Origin: Eledone cirrhosa
Lineage: Eukaryota
Length of the DNA: 64,000 nt
Reading direction: 5' to 3'
Assembly: GCA_964016885.1 (NCBI GenBank)
Contig: OZ024743.1
Coordinates: 359,848,001 to 359,912,000, forward strand
Positions within the stretch are counted from its first letter, which is position 1. The number at the start of each line of letters is the position of its first letter. The notes beneath the pieces were generated by a model that had not been told where the DNA came from, searched no databases, and was given only the letters and a program-made list of their open reading frames with translations. Shown here piece by piece: positions 62,953 to 64,000 of this stretch. Position numbers and translations under genes: made by a program.

Positions 62953-64000
62953 AATGAATAATGACAGGTAGACATCATAAAAAGGTAATTTATTCCGTGT
63001 CCTTACAAGTGTTTCCACGGTGGTACTACAGCCTAGTTATGCTATGTGCAAATTCACAGGTACTTGCAGAACTCAAATATCCAATGCTGTGAACACTGTT
63101 TCCTCAGAGCAGAATGGTAAAATGTACAATGTAAATACCATTAAGTGGGGTTGTTGGGGAAGATAGAGTAGAAAAGGAAGAGAGAAAAGTAGGGGAGAGG
63201 GAGAGAGAGAGAAAGATATGCAGGGATTGGAGAAGTAGGAGAGAGGGTTTGTAGATATCTTAATCAAAATGTTATGGTAGGGGTTTTATTATACTGGTTA
63301 CTTTTGGAGAGATGCGTTGATAGTTAAGGTCGGAATTATTTATTGCCCCAGAGGGCAGGTTCATAGATGTTGAGAGGGAAGTAGGCCAAAGGCGAGAGAG
63401 AGAGAGAGAGTGTAATGGATGTAGAGAGAGAGGTAGAGAGGGGACAGACGAAGTTTGGTGGTGAGTGAACTTTGGGTTTGTAGTAGTAATCTAGGAATTG
63501 CACTGAGTTACCATTTATAGTGATAAGCAGTGTATTGTCTTGTAGTGTGGGGGGAAGAGAAGGTGGTTAGCTAGAAAGCGGTGTTATAGTTACGGGTTCG
63601 AATGTTAAGTTATTTTATAGTGAGAGAATTTAGCTTTTAGTTTGTGGTTGCAGTATAATGATCGTTCAATTCTATCGTTAAGTAGTTTGTTTTTGGATTT
63701 TAATATGTAAAAGAGCTCAAGGTTACATAACCTGCAGTACTTCAATCCACACCGATATGCACTAGCGCTGGAAAGTATATCCCATTTTAAGGTGAACTGT
63801 TGGTTGTGTTCACGGAGTTGCCAGGTCTTGTTGGCGAGCGTGGTCACAAAACGGTGATTATGATGTTTGATTGAGAATCGATGACGGTACCAGCGAGATT
63901 TAAACGAGGTGGTGGTAGACCGCTATAATACCATTTCCGGTCGTTCGATTCAACCGTGCATTGGTAAACAATGTTGGACTTTAGGCATTCATTCTTCAAT
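62950..64000 (-). mobile_element. 3' end of another Penelope-like element (runs off window)
   Basis: CLKSNIVYQC..FKSRWYRH..TTLANKTWQL..CRLCNLE..LLNDRIERSLYCNHK. Hammerhead-like motif at ~63000-63111. Confidence 0.88.
63000..63111 (-). ncRNA. Hammerhead-like motif with 85 nt stem II, partly degenerate
   Basis: Minus strand CTGAGGA-A-ACAGTG..CACCGT-G-GAAAC-ACTT-GTA^-AGGAC, then AATAAA. Stem I is imperfect. Confidence 0.5.

Overview
AT-rich, microsatellite-dense eukaryotic (animal) DNA. The SINE family and repeat landscape resemble an octopus/cephalopod genome (inference). No host protein-coding gene can be supported; nearly all ORF-track hits are microsatellite translations or antisense shadows. 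The window is a transposon nest. (i) Penelope-like elements (PLEs): one near-intact element at 57891-62889 (RT + C-terminal GIY-YIG with a CxCx5C linker, two ~1.2 kb pseudo-LTRs, an inverted 5' pLTR piece, one frameshift) plus several relics. (ii) R4/Dong-type non-LTR elements, two young and three decayed. (iii) Tx1/L1-type elements on the minus strand. (iv) A tRNA-derived SINE family, four non-autonomous Helitrons, a bipartite RTE derivative and a CRE-like fragment. Two observations stand out. First, several divergent PLE families carry a type-I hammerhead ribozyme core split by a 61-91 nt structured stem II, with a minimal (mostly palindromic) stem III and an AATAAA just after the cleavage site. 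Second, an 11 kb array (19294-30153) has Tx1(-), Dong(+) and SINE(-) copies alternating with an (AAT)n tract at every junction, suggesting a (TTA)n-targeting Tx1 lineage that shares a landing pad with Dong. All structures were read by eye; coordinates of decayed elements are approximate.
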